Of a stretch of 27,542 bases of DNA, positions 9,098-17,729 are shown one piece after another (position 1 is the first letter of the stretch; each line of letters opens with the position of its first letter). This DNA is from a virus (lineage: Duplodnaviria; Heunggongvirae; Uroviricota; Caudoviricetes), in IMG/VR virus record IMGVR_UViG_2663762992_000005, one strand, 5' to 3'. A model generated the notes under the pieces. It was not told where the DNA came from and ran no database searches. It saw nothing but the letters and a program-made list of their open reading frames with translations. The position numbers were made by a program, and so were the translations under genes.

Positions 9098-10357
9098 TCA
9101 GGCTCTGGCCAGAATAGTTTCGATTTCTGCCAGTTGTTTAGCTGTTGGCGCGTTATTGCCAGGTAAGATTTGTTTACTGTCGACCATATTCAGAGGCGTC
9201 AGGTATTTGTCCCCTCCGGCGATGGGAGGAAGGTTCTCCATGCGGCGAATGTCATTAACCGATAACCAGCCCCACTGACGGCCCAGCGCATAAGATTCAT
9301 AGCGTGACTTCTGATCCCCGCGCAGCAGGCCGGATACATTGAATTCAATGTACAGACTACCGCGCTCGCTGGGTAAAAGCAGATCGCGCATTAATGCGCC
9401 TTCATGACGCTTCAGCCAGGCTAAAAGCGTATACATGACGAACTGCAGCCCCTGATGCTCAATGTTGTTATTTGTGGCTTTCGCCAGCATCTGCACCATA
9501 TGAGGCGGGATTTTATAGAGTCGGCAAACTTCCTCCACGCCCCACTGGCGGGACTGCAACAGCTGCGCTTTCTCATTATCCTGAGATAGCTGTTTGTAGC
9601 TCATCCCTTCCTGAAGCAATGCGACAGAAAAGGCATTACGCATACCGGAATAACGATCCGTCCATTTAGCAAGAAGTTGGTCAATCTTCTCCTGGTTCTT
9701 TATTGTCGGAGCCTCCTTTGGTCGCTCAATAACGCCGCTCATCGTTGTGCCACGGCGAAAAACCTGAGAAGCATGCTCTTCAACGGCCAGGTTCAGCCCA
9801 AGAACGTCTGCGTTCGTCTGGATCGGAGAGCTACCGATATAACCATCCAGCGAGAAAACCTTCACATGATGCATCATGCGCATTGGCAACGTTTCGCCAA
9901 TTTCGGGGAGTTCATAATAGGGCATCCCGTCAGGCCCTTTCAGGACGATGACTTTTTTGGGATTAACCGGGATTAATTCGCGGGGATACCCTTTCCCGTC
10001 CCTGTCGATGATCGAGTAGCAATTTCCCTCCAGCCCGAGCAGGCCCTGTTGCTGCTCAAAGTATTCAAACGAGGTGTCTTTTTTGTTGGGCTGGGAATGA
10101 ATCAGATCATAAACAGGGTGGTCAGTCGCCCGTTCACGGCCTCCGTTAGCGCCTCGCCTGTAAAGTTCACACGGCAACTGCGCCACCGATTCTGCCAGAA
10201 GCGTTACGCATGCCCGGACCGCCGATAACGCCAGTGCGGTTTCAGGAGTGATAATGATCCCCGCCTTGCTCTGGCTGGAACTCACCCCACCCAGCATCGC
10301 CTGCCAGAAACCACCACCAGACTGAGATTTACCCCGAAACATCTGGGGAATGAACAT
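9098..10357 (-). CDS. Portal protein
   Basis: 419 aa between the terminase and the protease; ATG at 10355-10357. Confidence 0.8.
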   Translation of the reverse strand: MFIPQMFRGKSQSGGGFWQAMLGGVSSSQSKAGIIITPETALALSAVRACVTLLAESVAQLPCELYRRGANGGRERATDHPVYDLIHSQPNKKDTSFEYFEQQQGLLGLEGNCYSIIDRDGKGYPRELIPVNPKKVIVLKGPDGMPYYELPEIGETLPMRMMHHVKVFSLDGYIGSSPIQTNADVLGLNLAVEEHASQVFRRGTTMSGVIERPKEAPTIKNQEKIDQLLAKWTDRYSGMRNAFSVALLQEGMSYKQLSQDNEKAQLLQSRQWGVEEVCRLYKIPPHMVQMLAKATNNNIEHQGLQFVMYTLLAWLKRHEGALMRDLLLPSERGSLYIEFNVSGLLRGDQKSRYESYALGRQWGWLSVNDIRRMENLPPIAGGDKYLTPLNMVDSKQILPGNNAPTAKQLAEIETILARA

Positions 10358-10536
10358 TATTCACCCCCTGATTTAATTACGCTGGCGGACATCGATTTCG
10401 CGATTAAAAATGACCACAGCAGGCAGATTGAACCGCCAGTAATAAGCCCGGCTGCAGGTGAAATAAGCCAGGCACCGGCAGACACTAACCCGGCTCCGGT
10501 GAGGCCGATAATAAAACTTAAAAGAGTGATCAACAT
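10357..10536 (-). CDS. Small hydrophobic protein (59 aa) between TerL and portal
   Basis: Hand translation MLITLLSFIIGLTGAGLVSAGAWLISPAAGLITGGSICLLWSFLIAKSMSASVIKSGGE. Its start overlaps the TerL stop (ATGTTGA) and its stop overlaps the portal start (TAATG). Not in the ORF track (below size cutoff). Confidence 0.45.
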   Translation of the reverse strand: MLITLLSFIIGLTGAGLVSAGAWLISPAAGLITGGSICLLWSFLIAKSMSASVIKSGGE

Positions 10537-12251
10537 GTAATATCTTCCTCATCATAAGCCGATTTACTGACAGTTCCGTTCAGCATGGCTCGCCCGACTC
10601 CCATCATTAGTCCTACCGCGCCATCTATTTTGTTTTGCTTTCTCTCCTTCCCTGGGCGAACAATGTCATCGCTTCCTGGTAAGTAACGCCCTATAACATT
10701 CTGGATGCACCAGTTCATGATAGGGTTACCGTCATGATGAAAGCGTCCTGATGCCAGCGCCGCCTCAATTTCACGCATTGGATCACTCATATGTGTAAAA
10801 TTTTGCCTGATCTCAACGGATTCCAGCCCCTCCTCTTCAAGCAGATGGCGCAATGATGTTGCCCCGTAAGGATCTATCGGGCACTGGACAATTTTAACCT
10901 GCTGGCGTAACTGAAGAATTGACTCAAAAATTAACCGATAATCCACCTCAGCCCCTTCAGTAGGTATCAATACCCCCTGTTTCACAAATGACTGGTAACG
11001 TTCAGAAATGGTTTTCAGCGTGGGATCTGGTGAATAAATTGTATCTTCAGGCGCCCAGAACAGCGGCCCCACACAGTAAAAATGGGTTATACCAGCAACC
11101 TCTCTCCTGAACACTGGCACTACGGCATTCAGGTCTACTTTCGAGGCCAGATCAATACCCAGCCAGCAATCCTCATCAACAAAATCAGATAATTTAAGGT
11201 TTTTATCCGCAGCAGCCATCCATCTTTGCAGGTCATAAAAAACCGTTTTTGCACTTACCCACCGGTTAAAGTGCTTGGTCAGAATTTTGTTAGTCTGGCT
11301 GGGATTGGATATTCCCAGTAACTGCTTCGCCCGAAGAAAATGCTCTTTAACAGAAACACCAAAGTTGGGATTTGCTTTAATCAGCGCTTCGGGCCTGGTC
11401 CAGTCATCATCGTCATCCAGACCGTATATAATGCCAAATATTGTCTCGTTTTCTTCTCCTGTCCGGTTACGGCGGAGAATTTCCACTATCTGCACACGCT
11501 TCTCGTAACAGGGCGAAGTAATGTCATAACCCGCTGTAGTAATAATCAGAGTAACAGGCTGCTCCCTTGCCCCCATCCCGGTAGTCATCGTTGTATAAAG
11601 TGCATCAGTCTGATGCTCGTGATATTCATCAATAATTGCACATGAAGGGGAATCGCCGTCACCAGGATCGCCGATGACTGGCGCAAAAACAGAGCCATCC
11701 GGACGGGTCATTTTCTTCGCCCAGGGTTTGACTGAGTATTTTTGTCGCAATGCCGGGAGTTTTTTTACCATTTGTAGAGCGGGAGAGAAGACTTTCCAGG
11801 CTTGTTTTTCAGTAGTGGCGCCACAGTACACTTCTGCACCATGTTCACCATCGGCGCAAAACATATAATTACCAACGGCAGCTGCAATTGCGGATTTCCC
11901 ATTTTTCCTGGGCACCTCAATATATATTTCAGAAAAACGCCGGAATCCGGACTTCTTATTAACCCATCCAAATGGCACACCAAGGGCAAACTTTTGCCAG
12001 GGCTCAAATTCTATTCGTAGTTTCTTCCTGGCCCATTCACCGGCCGTATGAGGCATCTTCTGAGCAAAGCGCAAAAATCGCTCGGCCTTGTTTTTATCAA
12101 ACCGGTAAGGCCAGGCAGGATCCTTCGCACGTTCCAAATCATCAAGGTGTCTTTGACAGGCAAGCACAGTTAACTGACAAGCAAGGATCTTCCCGCCAAC
12201 AACATCTCTTGCATACTGGTTCGCTGCATTGACGTTCGGATATGTAGCCAT
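10530..12251 (-). CDS. Terminase large subunit
   Basis: 573 aa; Walker-A-like region GAEVYCGATTEKQ and nuclease-like C-terminal half; start overlaps the TerS stop. Confidence 0.9.
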   Translation of the reverse strand: MATYPNVNAANQYARDVVGGKILACQLTVLACQRHLDDLERAKDPAWPYRFDKNKAERFLRFAQKMPHTAGEWARKKLRIEFEPWQKFALGVPFGWVNKKSGFRRFSEIYIEVPRKNGKSAIAAAVGNYMFCADGEHGAEVYCGATTEKQAWKVFSPALQMVKKLPALRQKYSVKPWAKKMTRPDGSVFAPVIGDPGDGDSPSCAIIDEYHEHQTDALYTTMTTGMGAREQPVTLIITTAGYDITSPCYEKRVQIVEILRRNRTGEENETIFGIIYGLDDDDDWTRPEALIKANPNFGVSVKEHFLRAKQLLGISNPSQTNKILTKHFNRWVSAKTVFYDLQRWMAAADKNLKLSDFVDEDCWLGIDLASKVDLNAVVPVFRREVAGITHFYCVGPLFWAPEDTIYSPDPTLKTISERYQSFVKQGVLIPTEGAEVDYRLIFESILQLRQQVKIVQCPIDPYGATSLRHLLEEEGLESVEIRQNFTHMSDPMREIEAALASGRFHHDGNPIMNWCIQNVIGRYLPGSDDIVRPGKERKQNKIDGAVGLMMGVGRAMLNGTVSKSAYDEEDITC

Positions 12252-12685
12252 CAGTCAAACTCATCAAATTCATTCCCGTCGTCGTCAGGATCATTTCCAC
12301 CGCCACGCATCCGAATTCGGCTGAGCGGATCCAACCCCAGAAGCGAACCAAGACGGGCTATCTGGGAAACTGAATCATTTCTGATGTTAACGGCGGGATG
12401 TTTCTTTAATCCCCCCATTTCACTTTCGGTCGTCAGGCTTGACGAGAGCAATTTTTCAGCTTCAAGCATTAAATGGAAGGCATTGCAGTAAGCCACAAGC
12501 AGGGGCGCATCCTCCAGTTCAAACACGCCTCTTTCGATCAGAATTTTACTTTGGGTTTTCCACAGTCTTATTGCAGCCTCCCCCATTAACTCTGCAGGAG
12601 GTGCAATTCGGGTTAATTTACTTTTTTGTCCGGCGGGTAAGATGGGTTTTCTCCCCCCTCCAGACGATCGAATTCCACCAGCCAT
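12251..12685 (-). CDS. Terminase small subunit (P27-like)
   Basis: 144 aa directly upstream of and translationally coupled to TerL; acidic C-terminal tail. Confidence 0.65.
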   Translation of the reverse strand: MAGGIRSSGGGRKPILPAGQKSKLTRIAPPAELMGEAAIRLWKTQSKILIERGVFELEDAPLLVAYCNAFHLMLEAEKLLSSSLTTESEMGGLKKHPAVNIRNDSVSQIARLGSLLGLDPLSRIRMRGGGNDPDDDGNEFDEFD

Positions 12686-13019
12686 AACTCCTCTTTAATA
12701 GGTGAAACCTACCGGAAAAAAGATCCTTATTTATGACGTGCAAAAATGTCCTTCAGGCGGCAGTCCTGGAAGGCGAAAGGGGTCAGGGATTTGATCCCCC
12801 CTTCCCCTGGCCTGTGTGGGCATCAATCAAGATGGAAGTCATCATTCAGGCTGCGCCGACGACCGCAGCTCTCATTATGTGGACAGGCACTAGAGTTATG
12901 CCCTGACTGCCCACAATAGCTGCAGTGCAGGTTGGCGCGGCGCGATGAACCACCCCATTATTTTGGGCAGTTAGCTATTGTATAGAGCCGTGAACCAAAA
13001 TATGTGCAATGGGTCTAAC

Positions 13020-13388
13020 TCATCGGATACGCTCTCTTGCCGTCTTCGCTCTGTGGCAGTCCCAGCACAACGACTCAAGATTGAAATCGTCATCAGTACC
13101 GCCATGAGCTTTTGGAATGATGTGGTCAACGCTGGTCGCCTTTTTTGCAATCTTCTGCCGGCGATGGTTCTGACACAGGTACTTATCACGCTGAAGGATA
13201 CGCACCCGTTTAATTTCCCAGGTCCGCCCATATCCACGTTCCTGCCTGCTCTTTCCTGCCTGGTAGTTACGCCAGCCATCACCAGCATGCCGCTGTCGGT
13301 GTTGATCACAATAGCCACTGGCATCGTTGGTAACTGCCGCACAGCCCTTGTGCCGGCATGGACGCTTTGCTCGTGCTGGCATCGGCAT
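13020..13388 (-). CDS. HNH endonuclease (packaging-associated)
   Basis: Cys/His-rich motifs (CRHKGC, CDQH, CWDCH with a downstream H); ATG at 13386-13388. The HNH-TerS-TerL arrangement is typical of HK97-like cos phages. Confidence 0.75.
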   Translation of the reverse strand: MPMPARAKRPCRHKGCAAVTNDASGYCDQHRQRHAGDGWRNYQAGKSRQERGYGRTWEIKRVRILQRDKYLCQNHRRQKIAKKATSVDHIIPKAHGGTDDDFNLESLCWDCHRAKTARERIR

Positions 13389-13780
13389 TATCCTGTTTAT
13401 TTGATACAAACTTAGTAGAAAAAAAGGAATCAGAAACGGTCGCTAGCGGGAACTTCTCATTTATAAAGAGAACTTAGGCGGTCGCCGCCCAAGCATGTCG
13501 CAACGGCAAGTGACAATTAATAATGATAATACTTATACTTTATTGTCATTATGGAGGCTTTCAAGTGTCGACGTTATGCAGAAACCATGCCTGAGGAGAC
13601 CTTCGACAACACACTTATGTCTGACATGCTCAGCACTCAATTCCCTCCATCGGCAGTTTATGTTGTGCAACATAAATTATAGTGCCATCAATCACAGATT
13701 AAACAAGTGTGACTTATACACCCGTATCGTTGGATCAGTCTTTGGAGGAGTATTCATGATTGCCGTCATTAATCCGCGGA

Positions 13781-13814
13781 TTTTAATAAAAAAGCACTGG
13801 CAAATACCAGTGCT
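13781..13814 (-). terminator. Intrinsic terminator for the two-gene moron
   Basis: Eight-bp stem AGCACTGG/CCAGTGCT with a 6-nt loop, followed on the minus strand by TTTTTATT. Confidence 0.55.
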
Positions 13815-13889
13815 TTAACAATAACTCTACATCTAGAAAGTTAAAAATCTTAAAAGCAAAACATAAATAGCAATGTAAAATTAAATTAT

Positions 13890-14267
13890 TTATTTTTTGT
13901 CTTTAAAATAATAGCCAATTATAAACCCAAGAGATGTTCCTAACGCACTAACCATAATAGATAACACCTTATCTAACTCAAGTAGTGCGATACTTTTAGA
14001 AGCCTCCATGAGCCCTTTGCTTTGTAATTGAAGTACCCATTGCACTGCGCAATAGTTATAAACTATCACAAATATAAAAGAAAAAACGATAAGACCAAAA
14101 AAGCCTCTCATAAATGTTATGGTTAATGTACTCCTTGTTTTACCATCACGAAGAAATTGAGCCTGAATTTCATTTTCAATCTCTCCTGTTTCCTTCTCTA
14201 TTCTTTTATCTTCAAATCTTAACGCATTAACTTTAGATAACAAAGCCTGAATATCTTCCGTAGCCAT
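13890..14267 (-). CDS. Hypothetical membrane protein (coiled-coil N-terminus, two C-terminal TM helices)
   Basis: 125 aa; strongly AT-rich codon usage; ATG at 14265-14267 preceded by GGAGGGG located in the end of the upstream gene. Confidence 0.55.
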   Translation of the reverse strand: MATEDIQALLSKVNALRFEDKRIEKETGEIENEIQAQFLRDGKTRSTLTITFMRGFFGLIVFSFIFVIVYNYCAVQWVLQLQSKGLMEASKSIALLELDKVLSIMVSALGTSLGFIIGYYFKDKK

Positions 14268-14269
14268 TA

Positions 14270-14539
14270 TTACCCCTCCGACCTAAGCTCTGCTAATTTA
14301 TCGAGGGCATTAATGTATTTAGCATGTGCCTTATGATAATTGGCAATTGCTTTGAGCGACTCATTAATATCTTCAGAAAATGATGAATAAAATTCATATG
14401 GATCCTTACCAGCATAGTCAGGTAAGTTCGTTATGATTTTTTGTATTAAAACAATATTTTTATCCGTAAGTTCACCTGTAGCATCTCTGAATTCAAATAA
14501 ATTTTGAACTATAGCATCTATTTTTTTTACATTCGACAT
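14270..14539 (-). CDS. Hypothetical small acidic protein
   Basis: 89 aa, AT-rich, first gene of a two-gene unit with its own promoter. Confidence 0.55.
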   Translation of the reverse strand: MSNVKKIDAIVQNLFEFRDATGELTDKNIVLIQKIITNLPDYAGKDPYEFYSSFSEDINESLKAIANYHKAHAKYINALDKLAELRSEG

Positions 14540-14574
14540 ACATAATCCATTTTTCTCAGATTAACTGTTGAATT

Positions 14575-14604
14575 ATTATAGTTCATTTACACCTTTCATC
14601 TCAA
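14575..14604 (-). promoter_or_regulatory. Sigma70-like promoter for the two-gene moron
   Basis: Minus-strand TTGAGA (14599-14604), 18-bp spacer, TATAAT (14575-14580), about 35 nt upstream of the ATG at 14539. Confidence 0.4.
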
Positions 14605-15284
14605 CTTATCATACCATTGATAACACTTTTTTGAACCAGTCAGCTATGAGTGGCCCATCAAAGGATTTAGAGGTTCGATTCATCAGTGTTATCCAATTTA
14701 TCTTGACATCAATAGGGTAAACGGTTATGACTAAAACTACATGACTATCGCGTAGGCAATTCGGACAAAGGTGATTATCAAGCTTAGAAATGAAGGTACG
14801 TTTATATCCCACCAAATACCGTAACCACATTCATGGCGACTTTTTCAGTTCTGCGTTGATGCCAGACGTTGAGTTTGAGCCCCTCGTAATAGCCTAAACA
14901 GTCAGTAGTAGTCCGCAGACATCCTAGTGGGATAAGAAATCATATAGTTTTTTAATTTTCCGTCGCAAAGTAAAATCCCCAGGCGCAAACGGTTTACCCT
15001 AGCTAACTACTGTCACAGCATTCCCCTGAATGCCTGCTGCAATGCTCACTTAGTAGTGTTGAAGTCCTACCCCTTAAGCGATAAATCGGTAAAATTGAAA
15101 CTAAGGCTTCAATGATGTGACATAGAGACGGCGGTCCAATTCTATCAGTTTACCGATCAAAGCGACTACAAACTCCTTTTTTTTAATCTCATTCGATACT
15201 TCATATCGTTGAAGGAGTGTAGACTCAGGTCGTTGTGCATTGTGTAATTCATTTTCAATTTCTTTTAATGTATGGAGTAGAGTC

Positions 15285-15941
15285 ATGGGAATTCTCACTT
15301 TCGATATCACTTGCCCACATTGTCTGAGGGAAAATGCTGTCCTTGAAGGATGGGCAGAACTGCGTATCAACGCCGGGCCTTTAGTTAATATTGCATTTTG
15401 TTGTCGAAGCTGTTTTCAATCAGGTATTGCTATTGTAAAAATGAATAATCCCGGTGGTTATTTACCTCGTGCAAAATCTAGGCAAAATAATGATGTAAAC
15501 GTAATCATTCCTGGAAATACTGAGTACCAGTTGATTGATATCATCCCGAAACCCACCCTCCTTAACGCCCCCGAACACACTCCGCCACGTGCTGCTATGG
15601 CTTTCATAGAAGCAAAAGACAACTTAGGGCGCTGTCGTTTCGACACATCCGTTATGCTTTGCCGTAAAGTCTTGGACATTGCTACACGGGAGTTACTGGG
15701 AAATGACTCAAAAGATGAAAAATTGGTTAAACGGATTTCTATGTTGCATGCTAAGGGACTGATTACAGATCAAATGAGGGAATGGGCACATATAGTTCGA
15801 ATCGATTCCAATGGAGCAGTTCATTCTGATGAAGAATTTTCAAAAGAAGATGCTCAAGAAATGATTGGTTTCACCGAAGTATTTCTTCTATATGCCTTCA
15901 CATTGCCTGATATGGTAGACAACAAAAAACAAAATCAATAA
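15285..15941 (+). CDS. Zinc-ribbon protein with DUF4145/HEPN-like C-terminal domain; candidate abortive-infection or defence protein
   Basis: ATG at 15285 with GGAG 7 nt upstream. N-terminal CPHC and CCRSC cysteine pairs; C-terminal R-x7-H motif (VRIDSNGAVH) in a helical region, as I recall for DUF4145. AT-rich and opposite in strand to the surrounding phage genes. Confidence 0.55.
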   Translation: MGILTFDITCPHCLRENAVLEGWAELRINAGPLVNIAFCCRSCFQSGIAIVKMNNPGGYLPRAKSRQNNDVNVIIPGNTEYQLIDIIPKPTLLNAPEHTPPRAAMAFIEAKDNLGRCRFDTSVMLCRKVLDIATRELLGNDSKDEKLVKRISMLHAKGLITDQMREWAHIVRIDSNGAVHSDEEFSKEDAQEMIGFTEVFLLYAFTLPDMVDNKKQNQ

Positions 15942-16156
15942 GTTATAGAGCCACAGTTTGACATCCACACTTTGTTATGCATAAGAATGTCTTTCTTGGT
16001 CTGCCTGTCCAGCACTTCCCAATCATGAGCAGTGCCGTAGATGGGTTTTACCCAATCGCAGCCGGTGTCAATAACCTCAATCCTTACGTGTCCAGTTTTT
16101 GCGCAGCTCGCGATCAGCAGCGTCATCAGGCATATGGTTAACAGTCTGTTGTACAT
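15935..16156 (-). CDS. o-spanin (Rz1-like outer-membrane lipoprotein)
   Basis: Signal peptide with lipobox LIASC; start lies inside the i-spanin gene in another frame and the ORF extends past its stop (overlapped architecture). Confidence 0.65.
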   Translation of the reverse strand: MYNRLLTICLMTLLIASCAKTGHVRIEVIDTGCDWVKPIYGTAHDWEVLDRQTKKDILMHNKVWMSNCGSITY

Positions 16157-16346
16157 CCCTGGCTCCTTTTGTTGTTTCTACCCGGCGTTCTGCAACCGCT
16201 TCAATAGCTATTGCACGTTCTTCAGTGCGTTGTTGGTCCGCTTTTGTTTCAGCGATACTGGTACCGCGTGATTTGCCCAGCCCAAAAGCACCTGCAATTG
16301 CAGCCAGCACAGCAACAACCAGGCCGATAATCATTTCAAGCCCCAT
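16077..16346 (-). CDS. i-spanin (Rz-like)
   Basis: ATG at 16344-16346 just after the endolysin stop; N-terminal TM helix followed by a charged helical domain. Confidence 0.6.
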   Translation of the reverse strand: MGLEMIIGLVVAVLAAIAGAFGLGKSRGTSIAETKADQQRTEERAIAIEAVAERRVETTKGARDVQQTVNHMPDDAADRELRKNWTRKD

Positions 16347-16353
16347 ACTGACC

Positions 16354-16968
16354 TCACACCAGTGCAGCTTTAGCTTTGGCGTAACGTTCACGGCGGTCTT
16401 TAATGCCGTTCTGTCCGCCGTTAATAATCTGCGTAACGCGTGCCACGTCACCCGAATACATCAGGCAACCGCGTAACGTGAAGTACCACGCAGCCGAACG
16501 AGCCGCATGTCGCTCTTGCGTTAGCAATTCTGGCGTACTGATAAGGTCAAGTTTCAGCGCCGTGCCGCATTTGGTGTAGTTCTCACGACCCGTGATTTGC
16601 AGCAGGCCGCGACCGCGATATTTCCAGCCGTCACCCTGGCTGTTATTCCCCATGCGGTCACCATAAACCAGATTGGCTATTTGCGGCTGGTGGGCCACCT
16701 GCTTACCATCGACACGACCCAGCATTTCACACTGATAAGGAGTAAGCCGTTTACCAAAGGTTTTCTTCAGCCCCTCTACCGAGTAGTTGAAGCTTTCCAC
16801 CAGCGAGGTAAAGCCAGCAGACTCATGCCCAACCTGGGCGATGAACATAGCCAGATCGTTCGTAGCTGTAATGCCAAACTCTTTCATTGCCGCGTCAATG
16901 TGCGGAAACCAGCGCGCAGAAAGCCCGGCGCTGATACCAGCCGCCTGCTGAAATTGTGATTGGTTCAT
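16354..16968 (-). CDS. Endolysin, glycoside hydrolase family 19 (chitinase-like lysozyme)
   Basis: Motifs FIAQVGHESAGF and YRGRGLLQITGRENY resemble the GH19 signature; ATG overlaps the upstream stop (TAATG). Confidence 0.8.
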   Translation of the reverse strand: MNQSQFQQAAGISAGLSARWFPHIDAAMKEFGITATNDLAMFIAQVGHESAGFTSLVESFNYSVEGLKKTFGKRLTPYQCEMLGRVDGKQVAHQPQIANLVYGDRMGNNSQGDGWKYRGRGLLQITGRENYTKCGTALKLDLISTPELLTQERHAARSAAWYFTLRGCLMYSGDVARVTQIINGGQNGIKDRRERYAKAKAALV

Positions 16969-17249
16969 TAGTGCCTCAGATGATCAACCAGACGTGCCAC
17001 GTTGCCTCTTACGGCGACCAGCACGGACAGGAAAATAAAGTTGGCCCCGATAGTGGCCCATGATGAGTACGGGTAAATACCGCACAGATACGCCAGCGGA
17101 ACGGCGCTGTAGATGACCGTAAGCAGCCACGCTAAGCGAGATATCCACGGTCGATGTCGCGAGTCGCCGCGACGGTAAAACATCAGGGTTAACACTACCC
17201 CAGCACAAAGCAATGCATTAAAAGTTGCCGATGGGTCATTTTGTACCAC
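16968..17249 (-). CDS. Holin-like / antiholin-like small membrane protein
   Basis: 93 aa with two or three TM segments; GTG start at 17247-17249 preceded by GGGGAGG at 6-nt spacing; sits between the holin and the endolysin. Confidence 0.5.
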   Translation of the reverse strand: MVQNDPSATFNALLCAGVVLTLMFYRRGDSRHRPWISRLAWLLTVIYSAVPLAYLCGIYPYSSWATIGANFIFLSVLVAVRGNVARLVDHLRH

Positions 17250-17622
17250 CTGAACCTCCCCGGCGCGTTATCAGCGCCACCAGCGAGCCGACATCCTGAT
17301 TATTCAGGAATGTCAGGATTTTGACGGCTAAAGCAGAAACGATTACGGCGCCAATGGCATCCAGTGGTTTATCACTGTAGCCGGTAGCCTGAGCCAGCTT
17401 TGAACCCACCAGCCCGGAACAAAGGATCCCCGCGATATACGACACCAGAAAATATGCCAGTCGGCGCGCTGCACTTAGATCCGCTGCGGTTGCAATGTAA
17501 AATACAGCCCCGGCAAATGCGCCAAACACCACGCCGTAATCGGTTCCGGATAGAAATCCATAGACGCTGGCCCCCGTCAGGACACCACCAGCCATCCCAG
17601 AACCGGAAATCGGATCGGACAT
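17236..17622 (-). CDS. Holin
   Basis: 128 aa with three predicted TM segments and a charged C-terminus; ATG at 17620-17622 preceded by GAGGGGGG; first gene of the lysis cassette. Confidence 0.6.
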   Translation of the reverse strand: MSDPISGSGMAGGVLTGASVYGFLSGTDYGVVFGAFAGAVFYIATAADLSAARRLAYFLVSYIAGILCSGLVGSKLAQATGYSDKPLDAIGAVIVSALAVKILTFLNNQDVGSLVALITRRGGSGGTK

Positions 17623-17672
17623 TTAGCCCCCCTCTTTGTTGCTGTGAGTCCTCTCAGAATGAGGGGAAATGA

Positions 17673-17700
17673 TTGATTTTATACATTAAAATATTACAAT
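17673..17700 (+). promoter_or_regulatory. Sigma70-like promoter for the plus-strand membrane protein
   Basis: TTGATT (17673-17678), 16-bp spacer, TACAAT (17695-17700), 30 nt upstream of the ATG at 17730. Confidence 0.35.
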
Positions 17701-17729
17701 ATATTTTTGACCAACTTTTGAAGAATACA

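Noticed and set aside
10373-10555. 60-aa minus-strand track ORF between TerL and portal
   Set aside because: It is in a different frame from the 59-codon ORF that is coupled to both neighbours, and it overlaps the TerL 3' end without a ribosome-binding site.
11275-12351. Short ORFs inside or antisense to TerL (11275-11508, 11340-11645, 11674-11868, 11765-12007, 11802-12020, 11972-12232, 12142-12351) and 12439-12687 antisense to TerS
   Set aside because: Embedded in a strongly supported terminase gene; composition not protein-like.
12971-13415. ORFs 12971-13342 (-) and 12978-13415 (+) overlapping the HNH gene
   Set aside because: The HNH frame carries the conserved Cys/His motifs; these are alternative-frame or antisense shadows.
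13495-13818. 107-aa plus-strand ORF in the HNH-to-moron gap
   Set aside because: TTG-initiated, low-complexity and AT-rich, and it overlaps the minus-strand terminator hairpin. An internal 20-codon ORF with a GGAGGA site (13756-13818) was noted but is too short to call.
14609-14830. 73-aa minus-strand ORF upstream of the moron promoter
   Set aside because: No ribosome-binding site, unusual composition, and it abuts the -35 element of the promoter; more likely chance ORF in AT-rich DNA.
15101-15370. 89-aa minus-strand ORF overlapping the start of the zinc-ribbon gene
   Set aside because: It overlaps the better-supported plus-strand gene divergently; its only ATG would start 1 nt from that gene's ATG, with no ribosome-binding site.
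15458-17208. ORFs 15458-15679 (-), 16041-16271 (+), 16099-16476 (+), 16597-16959 (+), 16984-17208 (-)
   Set aside because: Antisense or alternative-frame to the zinc-ribbon gene, spanins, endolysin and holin-like gene respectively.
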